DNA from: Lingula anatina
Taxonomy: Eukaryota > Animalia > Brachiopoda
NCBI GenBank assembly: GCA_051362555.1
Contig: CM120647.1
Coordinates: forward strand, 7,068,001-7,132,000
DNA: 64,000 nucleotides
Direction: 5' to 3'
Both the position numbers and the translations under genes were made by a program. This document shows, one piece after another, positions 1 to 11,189 of this stretch (the stretch's first letter is position 1; each line of letters begins with the position of its first letter). Below the pieces are notes generated by a model. That model saw only the letters and a list, made by a program, of their open reading frames with translations. It made no database searches and had not been told where the DNA came from.

Positions 1-745
1 TTCGGTATCTGCCTCTTTGGATTTCTAAGTCATGTGCCCCTGTTCTAAATTTTGCCAAATTTTGCATTTCATGTTTTGGTATAGGTGCTGTTGTGTACGC
101 TTCCCTTTCATAATTTGTTTTAAATAATCGATATGTACGTAGTATGCTGTTTTCTCGCTCTATTTCTTTGAGAAACAAAAGGGTATAATGACTTTCCAGT
201 GCTTTTTTTACTTCTGCTTTCGAGGGGGTATTAGTCTGTGTTTTCATTAGATTTTGAGTAATGTATTTGATTTCGCTTGACCAATTTTTTACCTGTGTAT
301 CCTGTTTTGTTTCATATTCATACATTGTTTTTGCCAAGCGCTGCTTTGGCATTTCAGAAAATCTTTGCCAGTAGGATGTAGCATGACCCATTATGTCATG
401 CGTAATTGGGAATCTACCTAGTTCTGCTTTAGCTGCTATATTACTGGCATTGCGCCTCACACCTAAAATGTATTTGCAATAGTTATTTTGTACTACTTCG
501 AATGGCAAAGTATTCATGTATTTAAGAGATTTTATGCTTTTAGATGCGATTGATGGTCCCCAGATTTCGCATCCGTACATCAGTATGGGTTTTATAAGGA
601 TATCGAAGAGTTTTAAATATGTCTGGGTCATATTGTGGGTGGTGGACTGTAAAGCCTGCTTAACTGCAAAAACCGCCTTCATGGCTTTACCTTTCAGATC
701 ATCAAGTGCACTTTTGAATGATCCATTCGATTCGTAATGTAATCT
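1..745 (-). mobile_element. 5'-truncated non-LTR retrotransposon (LINE), C-terminal part of ORF2, RTEX-like; runs off window start
   Basis: Hand translation of the minus strand is open from ~745 to base 1: ..SNGSFKSALDDLKGKAMKAVFAVK..YLKLFDILIKPILMYGCEIWG..YCKYILGVRRNASNIAAKAELGRFP..KFRTGAHDLEIQRGRY. These are post-RT motifs of non-LTR elements. Clade assignment is from memory. Confidence 0.85.
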
Positions 746-894
746 CAAGACTGATATGACTGGTAATTGTTTGCATAACTGCTCTATGCAGGCACTGCCA
801 CTTGACAGACCCAGTCTTTTGACAACAATCAAGACAGTTATTTGGTCTGAACTTAATGACTTGCTCTTCTGTGACAGATAAAAATAGCCCCTTA

Positions 895-1105
895 AGCCCC
901 CTTTACACTGGACGGCGTCCTTTCTGCGTCCTGTATTAGGGTCTTGTTTGAGAGTAAAAAAAAAAAATTATTTAAGTGTCGAAAACTGGCCGATCATTCT
1001 CCAACCAAAGCAATGATTTTGCCACATTATTACAACCACAGTGATGCCAGTTTCATCTATCTCACAAAGGACGCAGAAAGGACGCCGTCCAGTGTAAAGG
1101 GGGTT
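895..1105. mobile_element. MITE, PIF/Harbinger (Tourist)-like
   Basis: ~38-bp TIRs (AGCCCCCTTTACACTGGACGGCGTCCTTTCTGCGTCCT / AGGACGCAGAAAGGACGCCGTCCAGTGTAAAGGGGGTT) with TTA on both flanks. Confidence 0.8.
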
Positions 1106-1427
1106 TTATGAATAGCTTGTTATTTCAGAGTGAGGCTAAACAGTAAAGAAACATCTGACGTGATAGCCGCCATTTTTTTTAAACTGCCGTATACGGGATT
1201 AGAGGAAATTGATTTGGTTCAATAAATTTCTCAGTCTTATTTTGAGCCTCGATATTATCTCCAACCTTCTATAATCACCAGTTTTTCTGTATTTCATTCA
1301 ACGCCAGGAGAGCATGTTAATCCGATTGCATTAAGCAAGAATCATAGCTAGGCAAATAGAACCTAAGAGGAGGGGACCATAAGATAGTAAGTTACCGAGT
1401 TTTAAGCCCTACTTTATTTTCCAACAG

Positions 1428-1595
1428 GATATAGCGACCATGACCCCAGAGGCACAGGGTCCTTTTGGTTGTCCGACGTCAATTGCGCCGGAACTGAAGA
1501 GGGTTTGTACAACTGTTCGTCCCTAGGGTGGGGCACCATTAGCTATTTATGCGGCACCGGAGACTACGACGATGCTGGAGTCATCTGTAAAGCAC
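1428..1595 (+). CDS. SRCR receptor exon: C-terminal half of an SRCR domain (partner exon upstream of window)
   Basis: CCAACAG| acceptor, |GTACGT donor, phase 1-1. Encodes YSDHDPRGTGSFWLSDVNCAGTEEGLYNCSSLGWGTISYLCGTGDYDDAGVICKA. Confidence 0.9.
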
Positions 1596-2057
1596 GTACG
1601 TAAATACCGATATGTTTTTTTAAGGGCAATAAGCGACACGATTTACTAATTATTATAAGTGATGACAATTGCAGTTTTGGTCAAAAACGGATTTTCTTTA
1701 AGAAAACGGTAATTTTCTCATGGTTTATGAATCCGATCCGAGATACGAAGTTGGTCCATTTCACAATCTGAACTTTTTTCTCAATACACTCTCAAAAAAT
1801 TTGCAAAAGGCAATCATCTTTGAGTTTCCATGGTGTGATGAACCTCATATTCCCGAGTAATTGCGTTTTAGCTGCCGATTCTGAGGGTAACATAGAACTT
1901 ATTATATTCCGTGTGTTATTTACAGTGCATTTATGTGAAATGTGAATTTCATATGTAGAGTTGATATCCCCATAACAATCAAACGAGTCCAAAGCGGCGA
2001 GATTTCATTGTTTTCTGACTGAGTGGGGTCAAATAAGTATCCTCCTTTACCTTGCAG

Positions 2058-2249
2058 CTGGCGATGGTGCTGTTCGCCTGGTGAACACAACTAGCCCCTA
2101 CGAAGGCCGTGTTGAGGTGTACTATGCCGGGGAGTGGGGACGTGTGTGTGACTACTACTGGGGCTTAAATGACGCCAAAGTGGTTTGCAGGCAACTTGGA
2201 TTGGCTGGGGCTCATTCGTCTTTTTCAGGCTGGAGTCCGAGAGGCACTG
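2058..2249 (+). CDS. SRCR receptor exon: N-terminal half of SRCR domain
   Basis: TTGCAG| and |GTAAGT, phase 1-1. Encodes [63 protein letters not shown]. Confidence 0.93.
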
Positions 2250-2763
2250 GTAAGTTATATACGCTATTGATGCCCTCGGTTGTGTCGACAAGTGTGCTTA
2301 TCCATCTACATGTAAATGTGTTATTTTACTATGTATCTATTACAAGAGCTTGAAGTTGACAATGTATTTTTTCATTTTTTTAGTTCAGATGGTATACTAT
2401 CTTTTATGTATGGTATACTATTGGTATACTATCTTTTATAATTGGCTAAATAAACTCTTATCTTATCTTATCCTTTCAAATGAATCATAAAGGAAACATA
2501 TAACATGTTACATTAACTTATAGGCCTATATATCACAGGTAATGAAATATCTCATTTGCCACACCTGAAAGTATCATAATACTGAGTATGTACCTTGATC
2601 TTGCACATCCCCAGCACATGCCATACAAACAAACTGGCAGCTTTAACTTTCCCATTATGCTGTTAACAATACATAGACAACATAAAGAATGGGCCCAGTC
2701 AGGGCGTAATTAACATGCTGGCTGGGCCTTTTATGCATAGAAATAGATTTGGTTTTGGCCTTT

Positions 2764-2766
<3 letters not shown>

Positions 2767-2840
<74 letters not shown>
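2767..2840. repeat. (TA)n microsatellite
   Basis: Direct reading. Other (TA)n tracts at ~21091-21246, 23818-23884, 29514-29565 and 49181-49264. Confidence 0.95.
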
Positions 2841-2843
<3 letters not shown>

Positions 2844-2909
2844 GTTTATAGATAATCTGCATTTTTTTTAATAGTGACTTGTTTGGCTTAAATTATTTTT
2901 CTGACTCAG

Positions 2910-3050
2910 GTAAATACTGGCTGTATAATGTAAACTGTGGAGGAACAGAGTCCAATATAACCCAATGTTCCCATGGTGGGGTTGGCAGCATCAATTCCGT
3001 CTTTTGTCGTCAAAGTAACAACGACGACGCCGGGGTTATATGCCATGGAG
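2910..3050 (+). CDS. SRCR receptor exon: C-terminal half of SRCR domain
   Basis: CTCAG| and |GTGAG, phase 1-1. Encodes KYWLYNVNCGGTESNITQCSHGGVGSINSVFCRQSNNDDAGVICHG. Confidence 0.93.
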
Positions 3051-4487
3051 GTGAGGCACTTTTCTCTCTCTTTATATATATTTTTTCATCCTTTCAGAAA
3101 TCACTTTATTCTTAGACTGCAGAAATGATTTTATATACATACATTTGTCTTATTATGCCCTGGATCTTATTATTTAATCACAGTCGTGGCATTTTAACCT
3201 ACCATCCGGTTGTCTGTATTATGGCTATTGTGGCAGATCTCTGAACTCGTTCTCAGCATAGTGCATGCATACATTTTGTAGCATGAAGGCAGTGTATGGA
3301 ATGGCGGCCAGCCCGACAGCCCGAGGCTGGTAACTTTCAGGCCGGGGATATATATGGGGACTTTATGACATTCGGTTTGAATGTTTTAACCACTTTTGAC
3401 AGGGCTTTTTTGCATTGTATTAGATTAATGTGGCAGTCTAAGGTTCATCTAGGTGGCTTTCAAATTTATGCACCTGGTTTTAAAATCATATAGCGATTTT
3501 ACGACAATCGTTTACTATCCAATCAAGGTGACAGCCGGGCATGCCAGGGCTCATCCTGTCGGTGTTCTGGCTGATACTTCGAAATGTGATCTGACACACA
3601 CCTTGAAAACGGGTAGTGTGGTCCGATATACCGGTTAATTCAGGATCCTTAGGTGCCGAGTCTGGTAGTTGGGTAGGCTTGCGTAGGCCTAACTCGAAAT
3701 TATCACGCATTGCGACCGAGCGCAAGCATCTCGATCCCATAACTCGCCCATACTCGCCCCATATAATATATTGTAGCCTCTATGTGGTATAGCTTTTCTC
3801 AATAAGCCATGCGTTCGAGATACTGGGCCCGCGTGCAGGACCGTTGCTTTAAGCGATATTCAAATGGACCCTACGTGCTGAATTCTTTCTTCTTTATTGT
3901 CAGCACAGAGATAGATTTATTTGACAAGAATATATATATTTGGTCATACTTGTTGCTATACAGAAAAGCAAAACTTATGATCAGATAATATCACGAAATC
4001 GGTATAAAAATTATGAATAAATTATTGAAGAAGAAATGAGGCAGACTGCAAGGTGAACATAAACTGAATTGACTACCCCCCCCCCCCTCCCTGGCTAGTA
4101 ATTTCCTTGAATTTCATACACTGATTAAGGTATATATAAATGGTTTTCCCATCACTTTTACCGGTGTCTGGAAAAAAGAAGTCAGTACATGACCCTTATC
4201 AAACATGTGCTTTATGATTTTCTGGCACCCTTTGGCCCATGAAGTTATTTCATTTAAAAGATCCGATCTGCTTCCTTTTGCGCAGATATCTTTTTTAAAT
4301 AAATTTTGTAGCCCTTCTAAAACTGTCAATATCGTAAATGAGAAAAGGTAAATGCTTTATTAAATAAAAGAAAAAAAAAAACGTTAGTGCACAGACACAT
4401 TGGTCAGAAAGTCAGTTGACACGACATGAGATAATGGAAGTCGTTCAAACACGATATGATCAATTCATGCACAATAATGCAGTTAAA

Positions 4488-4556
4488 ATAATAATATAAT
4501 ATAATATAATATAATATAATATAATATAATATAATATAATATAATATAATATAATA
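4488..4556. repeat. (ATAAT)n microsatellite
   Basis: Direct reading. Confidence 0.95.
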
Positions 4557-4584
4557 CGTTCATTTGAATGGGGTTTCATTACTG

Positions 4585-4722
4585 ATCATTACTGGATAAG
4601 CGATTTGAATTGTCAGGGATCTGAGTCGACCCTAGGAGATTGCTCCCATGACGGCGTTGGTATCATCTCATCTTATTGTTCCGAGTCTTCGTCAGATGAT
4701 GCCGGCGTTCTCTGTAAAGGAC
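4585..4722 (+). pseudogene. Orphan SRCR C-terminal half-exon with non-canonical (TG) acceptor
   Basis: Open frame HYWISDLNCQGSESTLGDCSHDGVGIISSYCSESSSDDAGVLCKG with |GTGAGT donor. The acceptor position reads ACTG rather than the CAG of paralog 32444. No N-half exon seen in 3051-4584. Confidence 0.7.
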
Positions 4723-4817
4723 GTGAGTATATTTCAAAGGTGGATCCAGACCCCCCGCCCCCGCCTCTCCCCCCCCCCCCCCCCCCTCAGTCACACACAC
4801 AAAATCCTGGCTGTCTT

Positions 4818-4920
4818 AAGCTAGAAAGTATGCGGCTTTACTTTCGGAAAATAAGCTAGAAAGTATGCAGCTTTACTTTGGGAAAATAAGCTAGAAAGTA
4901 TGCGGCTTTACTTCCAGAAA
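4818..4920. repeat. 35-bp minisatellite x3
   Basis: AAGCTAGAAAGTATGC(G/A)GCTTTACTT.. at 4818, 4853 and 4888. Confidence 0.9.
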
Positions 4921-5110
4921 ATGGCCAAAACTGTAGTTTTATAAAAGGGGATATCCGTGGTAGACGGAGGTATAAATATTTAACAAAGCACAGATTAATT
5001 TTATTTGACGTAAGGAGTAATGCTTATGAGCAATGAACGTTCATATACCGGAAGTCATTTGTGCAATATTGTCCTTACTCGCTGTTTCTGTCATTTTGCA
5101 TTACTTACAG

Positions 5111-5314
5111 CCAATGACGGAGAAGTGAGATTGATCGGCGACTCACAGTATCATGGACGAGTGGAGATATTCTATGCAGGAGACTGGGGAAGAGTGTGTA
5201 AAAGCGGTTGGTCCTGGAATGACGCCAAAGTGGCATGTAGACAGCTTGGCTTCAGTGGGGTGCTGAATTACTGGACATCTTGGACACCGAGGGGGACTTC
5301 GAGGGTGGTTCTAG
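5111..5314 (+). CDS. SRCR N-terminal half-exon, intact splice sites but no C-half partner found (inclusion uncertain)
   Basis: TTACAG| and |GTATTG. Encodes NDGEVRLIGDSQYHGRVEIFYAGDWGRVCKSGWSWNDAKVACRQLGFSGVLNYWTSWTPRGTSRVVL. Same length (204 nt) and boundaries as 33029-33232. Confidence 0.65.
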
Positions 5315-6024
5315 GTATTGGTTCTACGCCTGTCTGCCTGTCTGTGTTTCCGACTAAATTTCCAACCCTTATATCTCTTTAACAGACGGACACTCGGTGT
5401 GGTTATAATATTTATTGTTATTATTACCATTTTTATTATCTTTATTATTATTATTATGCTACCTGTAATAAACAATGGCAATTAATACGATAAAATATGA
5501 CATTTACAGCTCTCGGTCTCTCACATGCCTCCCCACGAGCCGTCCCAGTAGGGGCACTATTAATTAAATCTCGATCGGCTCCATTCGACTGGAGGCGGAT
5601 AGACCGTTACAGGATTAAGCAGTCATCCTTTCATGTAGGGTCCGCCATATTCGATCATTGGACCAGTTGATATTGTGTTCTGAATGAACTCTTTTTTTAA
5701 TCATTACCTCAGTGTAAACGTCATTTCATAGAAATGATATTCTAAGTTTATGCTCACTTATAATTCAACATCTACATATGCAAACGAGTATGGTAGAGTA
5801 AATAATAATTGCTTTTTTGGAAATCTCTCAAGGAACAAGTTATTTTCGAGGCAAAATGGGCCAAAAAGTTAGTTTCTGATGAGAACTTTGAGCTAGGAGC
5901 ATTCTTTAGGCCGGTAATATCACTATTTTTGGAAACGCATACAAATCATGTGTACCACATATACAGTCACTGTAGTAACTATACAGTATTAATGTGTATA
6001 CCTGTATTGAATAGGGTTGGATAA

Positions 6025-6381
6025 GGCCCCTATTTCACACAGACCACGAATCCCACGAATCGCCAGGAATTGACAAATTTCAGGATCCGTGAGGATTCTT
6101 GAGATTTTGATTCAGTTACGATACAGGTGCGATAGTGTTACGCATATTCGTGGGATTCGGCTGGAATCGCACGAATATTGTCCAAAAATTCACTACTATT
6201 TTTTGGAATCGGGAGTTCGTGGCCAAAACTTTGAACAATTGATCAAGAATTGCAAGAGCTGACTACGATTATATACGAATCTGTTAAGAACTTCACGAAC
6301 TGATTACGATTCAAGCACGAATCCTGATATTTTTAATTCCTGGCGATTCGTGGGATTCGTGTTCTGTGTGAAAAAGGGGCA
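6025..6381. mobile_element. MITE, Harbinger-like
   Basis: ~45-bp TIRs (GGCCCCTATTTCACACAGACCACGAATCCCACGAATCGCCAGGAATT and its reverse complement), TAA on left flank, internal CACGAAT/ATTCGTG motifs. Confidence 0.8.
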
Positions 6382-7419
6382 TCAAAGTTTTTGCCACCAA
6401 TCCCTGTTGGTCAAGAAGTGCAAGAACTGGACTTATTTCTAAAAGACTCTAAAGCTATTGGGGTTAGCTTAAAGCCTGATAGAAGCTGAACATGTTAAGT
6501 TGGTTTTGTATGTTTAGTTTAGAACTTTTAAAAACGACTGCCCCACAATAAAAGTACCAGTTTGACATACCCAAATGAACTGACAATGTAAGGACGAAGA
6601 CAATTAGCTCAAGGTGCGTAGTTAAAATATATCAAAAACGAGGGGATATGCCTTAAGATATTGGGAACTTCATCATACTGGTATTTGCTAGCTCTTGTTA
6701 TGACAGGATTCCTAGCCCGCAAAACAATCTAAACCATTATGAAATTGACCCCTGCTAACGACTGGATTAAGAATGCTGCTGTATGGGGTGGGTGGGTGAA
6801 GGTCGATGATTATGAAAGTTCTTGCCTGTTGTACAATATCTAACAGTAGAGAGGAACAGCTTGTTACTCAAATAAAGTAGCTCTGTGATGCAACTTTCCG
6901 CTTTCCTTTATTTTTAAAAACAGAGAAAAATCACTAAGGCTATTGGTTTCACGTGACCTACTGGGCCTGCTGCCCCTTGTTGCCGCCATTGCTGCCACAC
7001 CCAATAAAACATCAGGATGATGGAAGGATATTCAGTACAATAGTTTATTTAAGCTTTTATCACATGCTGGTTATTTCAGTAACGATAGTCCGAAGATTCT
7101 ACAATTCGCACCGCTCTAATCGCAGACTAGCCCAATGTGGAATTTGGAATTTGGAACTAACCGCTAGATGTACCGGTAGTTAAAACATCGTAAGAAGTGC
7201 TTTGGTCATTTATAAAAAAAAAGGTTTTCAAAACAGTATATAATGTTTTAACAGTATCTTATAAAACGCTCATAAAACTCCACAAGATGCGCATGACATT
7301 ATCATAATAAAGTTATGTAGAAATCGTCGTCGAATCTTTCTACAATTATAAGGTTACCACAATGTTTTTGTTAGCTCGGACATTATTTTGCAAGGAGTTA
7401 TATCCCCCTTCACATTTAT

Positions 7420-8068
7420 TTGGAATCAGCAGGAATCAAGCAGAACCAGCCGGAATGACTAAATAAAAAAATCGTACTACACTCGGGAAGAAATTTCAAA
7501 TTGACCTAAGAATGCGGTTGGATGCTCAGAATGCCCTTGAATTCGCCTGGAATGATTCGTGCTCATTTCGACTGTATGAGCTTTCAAATGCTGCTCGAAT
7601 GTAGTTGGAAAACTAAGAATATCAATAATGCTGTCAGAATTTAGTCAGAATATTTAGTATACACTTCGAATGCCGTACGAGTGTAGTTCGATTGCTGGCT
7701 GAAATAGGACTGAGATACACTGAATTTGCATTCTGGCTTATTCTAGCAGGGTTTGAAGTGTCTTGCCATTTCGGTTCTCCCTCGAATTTGATCAGAATGT
7801 TTCGAATGCTGTTGGAATGCCGTCAGAATATTTAGAATGCAGTCATAGTGCAGTTAGAATACTATTCAAATGCCATTCAATAATTTTCCACTTGAAATGA
7901 ATTTCGAAAGTTTTTATCATGAGCAAAACATTCAGCCACAAGAATGGGTAAAAATATTTGGAATGCACTCGGAATTTTTAAAATGTTCTTCGAATATCCA
8001 GGAACGCCCAAAAAATTGTCTTTTCGACGGCATTCTTGCTCATTCCGCCTCTAGTTTGACGGGGGTAT
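7420..8068. mobile_element. Partial MITE rich in GAAT/ATTC motifs
   Basis: Dense GAATG/CATTC motifs ending in ..CTAGTTTGACGGGGGTA-TAA. Only one terminus is recognisable. Confidence 0.45.
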
Positions 8069-9269
8069 AAATAAACACGCATATCTTTACCATTACGTTA
8101 TCATAATGTCATTCTGTACCATAACAGGTATGTACGCTTTTGATAAAATCTTGGAAACCTAATCTGTCATCTGGATTTTTACTTAATAGGCCTATTTAAA
8201 ATAGCCACCACAAGTTACTGCAAGGAAAGACACAAAGTGTTCGAGTAGGCTGCTCTACGCCTTCAAAAGCTCCACACGTATAGAAGGGTGCGTGTTTTAG
8301 CCAAATTGTTGAGCCTTGTAATAAACTTGCTATATGGGGTCATATACCGGTGTAGCTAATCAGATGGCTAAACGTGCAACACTGCCAAACATGTTAAGCA
8401 TTTTCTTCTGTGAGAAGCTTGAAAAGTTAAACGTGTTATTTAGCAGCTTTTCATGTTTAGCAGGGGACTTGTTTAGCCACTGCGTTTGGCCTTGTCATAA
8501 ATTAGTTATAAGATTGTAATTCGGTGAAACTAAAAATATAGCTTAACTAGTTACTACTACACTAGTTTAACATTTACTTCTGTGGGAAGCTTGCAAAACT
8601 AAATGTATTTTGCTTTTATACATATTTCTACACGCGTTTGGGTGTAAATCGCTGTTTTTACAGTGAAGAGAAAAGGTCTTTGCAAGTGATCTGACATATT
8701 AATGCACACACAAAAACATTTTATCATAAAGGTATTTATGTTATCCAGGGCTTTACATTAATGTACCGCTTTTCATGGGCAATGTAACAAAGTTATTGAA
8801 AATTCTCAAAGGAATTGAAACAACATATCTTGTTTCTAATCTGTAATGAGTCCACGCTACAGGGGGAGACACAAAAGGGCTTAAGTTTATGAGTTAGATG
8901 TAACCCCTTAGCAAAATATCAGTCCTGTTGCAAATTTACAGAGAATTTGAACACATCTACTGCAACACTGCTGCAAACTTTTCATACTGCCAAGTGAAAT
9001 GTCGGTCTAAACAAACGCACACATAAAACGATTTTACGGGACAGGATTAAAAATCATTAGGTGAAATTGAGCTACACAGTACAAAAGACGCCTTTGCAAG
9101 TAATGTGAAAAACAACAGGCACAGAAATATTTGCATGCAAATGCCTTTAGGCCTAAATAAGTTGATAACCCAGATCTTTTCATGCGTATTGCAATAAAAG
9201 GCGCTTCCCTTTTTAAAGTCGTTGCCTTGCTAAGCAACTTCCAAAATATTGCCGAGCTCAATCGTCTTA

Positions 9270-9420
9270 GGTTAAAATTACCTGGCTGGGGCGAAATGTG
9301 ACGGGTGAACACAGTTTTCCTTTTCTTATTGTTCATTACACGGTGTCCCGAGTACGGCCAAGGACAGGGTGAATAAAATATCTCCTAATTTTAATCAACA
9401 CAAAAAACTGCATCAAAACT
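9270..9420 (+). repeat. Dispersed repeat family
   Basis: CCTGGCTGGGG..AAATGTG..CACAGTTTTCC..GGTGTCCCGA..CATCAAAACT recurs at ~21710-21850, ~24460-24615 and ~63625-63770. Confidence 0.8.
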
Positions 9421-9972
9421 GAAAAAAAAAAAAAAAAATAAATAAATAAATAAACATTAGCCCCATTCCTACCCGGGTGCATATTTGTTAGCGTCACTGT
9501 TTTATTATACATTACGGGACAGGAAATTTTTCATGAATTTGTCACATTTTCTCAGCGTGCAGGCAATTATAGTTAGAAACTTGGGTTTCGTTTACCTTTA
9601 TGATTATTTTGTAAGAAAAAATACACACACTGGACAATAGAAATGTCACCCCCTGAATCAGAGTAATCAAAGTTATAATGCCTGGTCTACTTATAATGTG
9701 ACTATTGCGTATAAAACCGCTGTACCACTTGACCTGTAAAGCAGATGTTAAAGCATTTATTATCTTAAAACCCGATTCAGTCCATTTTAAGACTACCGCT
9801 GTAATGATTAAGATCGTGTAAGATCATCTGTGATTTTTAATTGCACTTTAAGACCAAATCTAGCGCCCCAGTGAACGTAATCGATCTGGTTCAGCTATCT
9901 CATTCCCCTGCTAAAGATGAGTGATGCCGACCTCAGTTATTTTTTTTAAGTTGAGTATTTTATTTATTTCCC

Positions 9973-10824
9973 TATGGGCGGCGGTTTATACAAAAATGCA
10001 AAACACGATTAGTCGTCATCGTTATCAGATCAGTCGAAATGAAAACACGATTAGTCGTCGTCGTTATCAGATCAGAAGGCAAAATACGACTAGTAGTCGT
10101 CAAAACGCAACTAGTCATCAAAACGCAACTAGTCATCATCAAAACGCAACTAGTCATCATCAAAACGCAACTTGTCATCAAAACGCAACTAGTCATCAAA
10201 ACGCAACTTGTCATCAAAACGCGATTTGACGCCAGATGGCGCCCATTGTACGAAAATCTAGGCCAAGTCACATGATCCACAGTGATCAAAATGGCGGGCG
10301 TTATTGAAGCAGCATTATCATATTCCTCGCTCGAACTGGAGAATTATCTCGAGTTCGAGATATTATTATATATATAATATCATTATTAGATTGTACGCGT
10401 AGAGATAATTCTCGAGTTCGAGCGAAGAATATGATAATGCTGCTTCAATAACGTCCGCCATTTTGATCACTGTGGATCATGTGACTTGGCCTAGATTTTC
10501 GTACAATGGGCGCCATCTGGCGTCAAATTGCGTTTTGATGACAAGTTGCGTTTTGATGACAAGTTGCGTTTTGATGATGACAAGTTGCGTTTTGATGATG
10601 ACAAGTTGCGTTTTGATGATGACTAGTTGCGTTTTGATGATGACAAGTTGCGATTTGATGATGACTAGTTGCGTTTTGATGACTAGTTGCGTTTTGACGA
10701 CTACTAGTCGTATTTTGCCTTCTGATCTGATAACGACGACGACTAATCGTGTTTTCATTTTGACTGATCTGATAACGATGACGACTAATCGTGTTTTGCA
10801 TTTTTGTATAAACCGCCGCCCATA
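9973..10824. mobile_element. Foldback / palindromic DNA element with internal 18-21-bp tandem repeats
   Basis: Arms 9973-~10350 and ~10401-10824 are reverse complements, with ends TATGGGCGGCGG..CCGCCGCCCATA. TTTCCC is duplicated on both flanks. The ORF track shows mirror-image ORFs. Confidence 0.9.
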
Positions 10825-11189
10825 TTTCCCTCCTTTTATATGTTACAAGAAAGAGAGGGAGAGAGAGTATTCAGAAGAGGAGTAAAATATAATGAGCAAA
10901 AATAAAATACAGTGTGATAATTTAAACGACCCATGCTGGGAGTAACACCAAGGCCCGTGACTCGAAAGCATCGCGTATTGAGCATAGCGATATCACATAG
11001 AGGCTACAATGTATTCTACTTCATCGTCACCCCCTTCTATTCACAAAATAGGGATTAAACATTTCAAACGTTATTAAACCAGAATACAATGAAAGTCTAA
11101 TCACGAGTTCCACTGTAGAGTAACATGTTAAATGTCGAATATAACTTGTATAACTCAAATAAAATATTGCCGTAGATTAAGATGAAAAT

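Noticed and set aside
9990-10230. CRISPR-like repeat appearance
   Set aside because: The repeats are contiguous with no unique spacers, there are no cas genes, and the context is eukaryotic.
9921-10885. Six repetitive ORFs (HQNATS / LMTSCV / KTQLVI) on both strands
   Set aside because: They are by-products of 18/21-bp repeats in the palindromic element, with no splice or domain evidence.
10930-11010. Possible tRNA gene on the minus strand
   Set aside because: A and B boxes and stems are too degenerate. Treated as a SINE-like relic at most.
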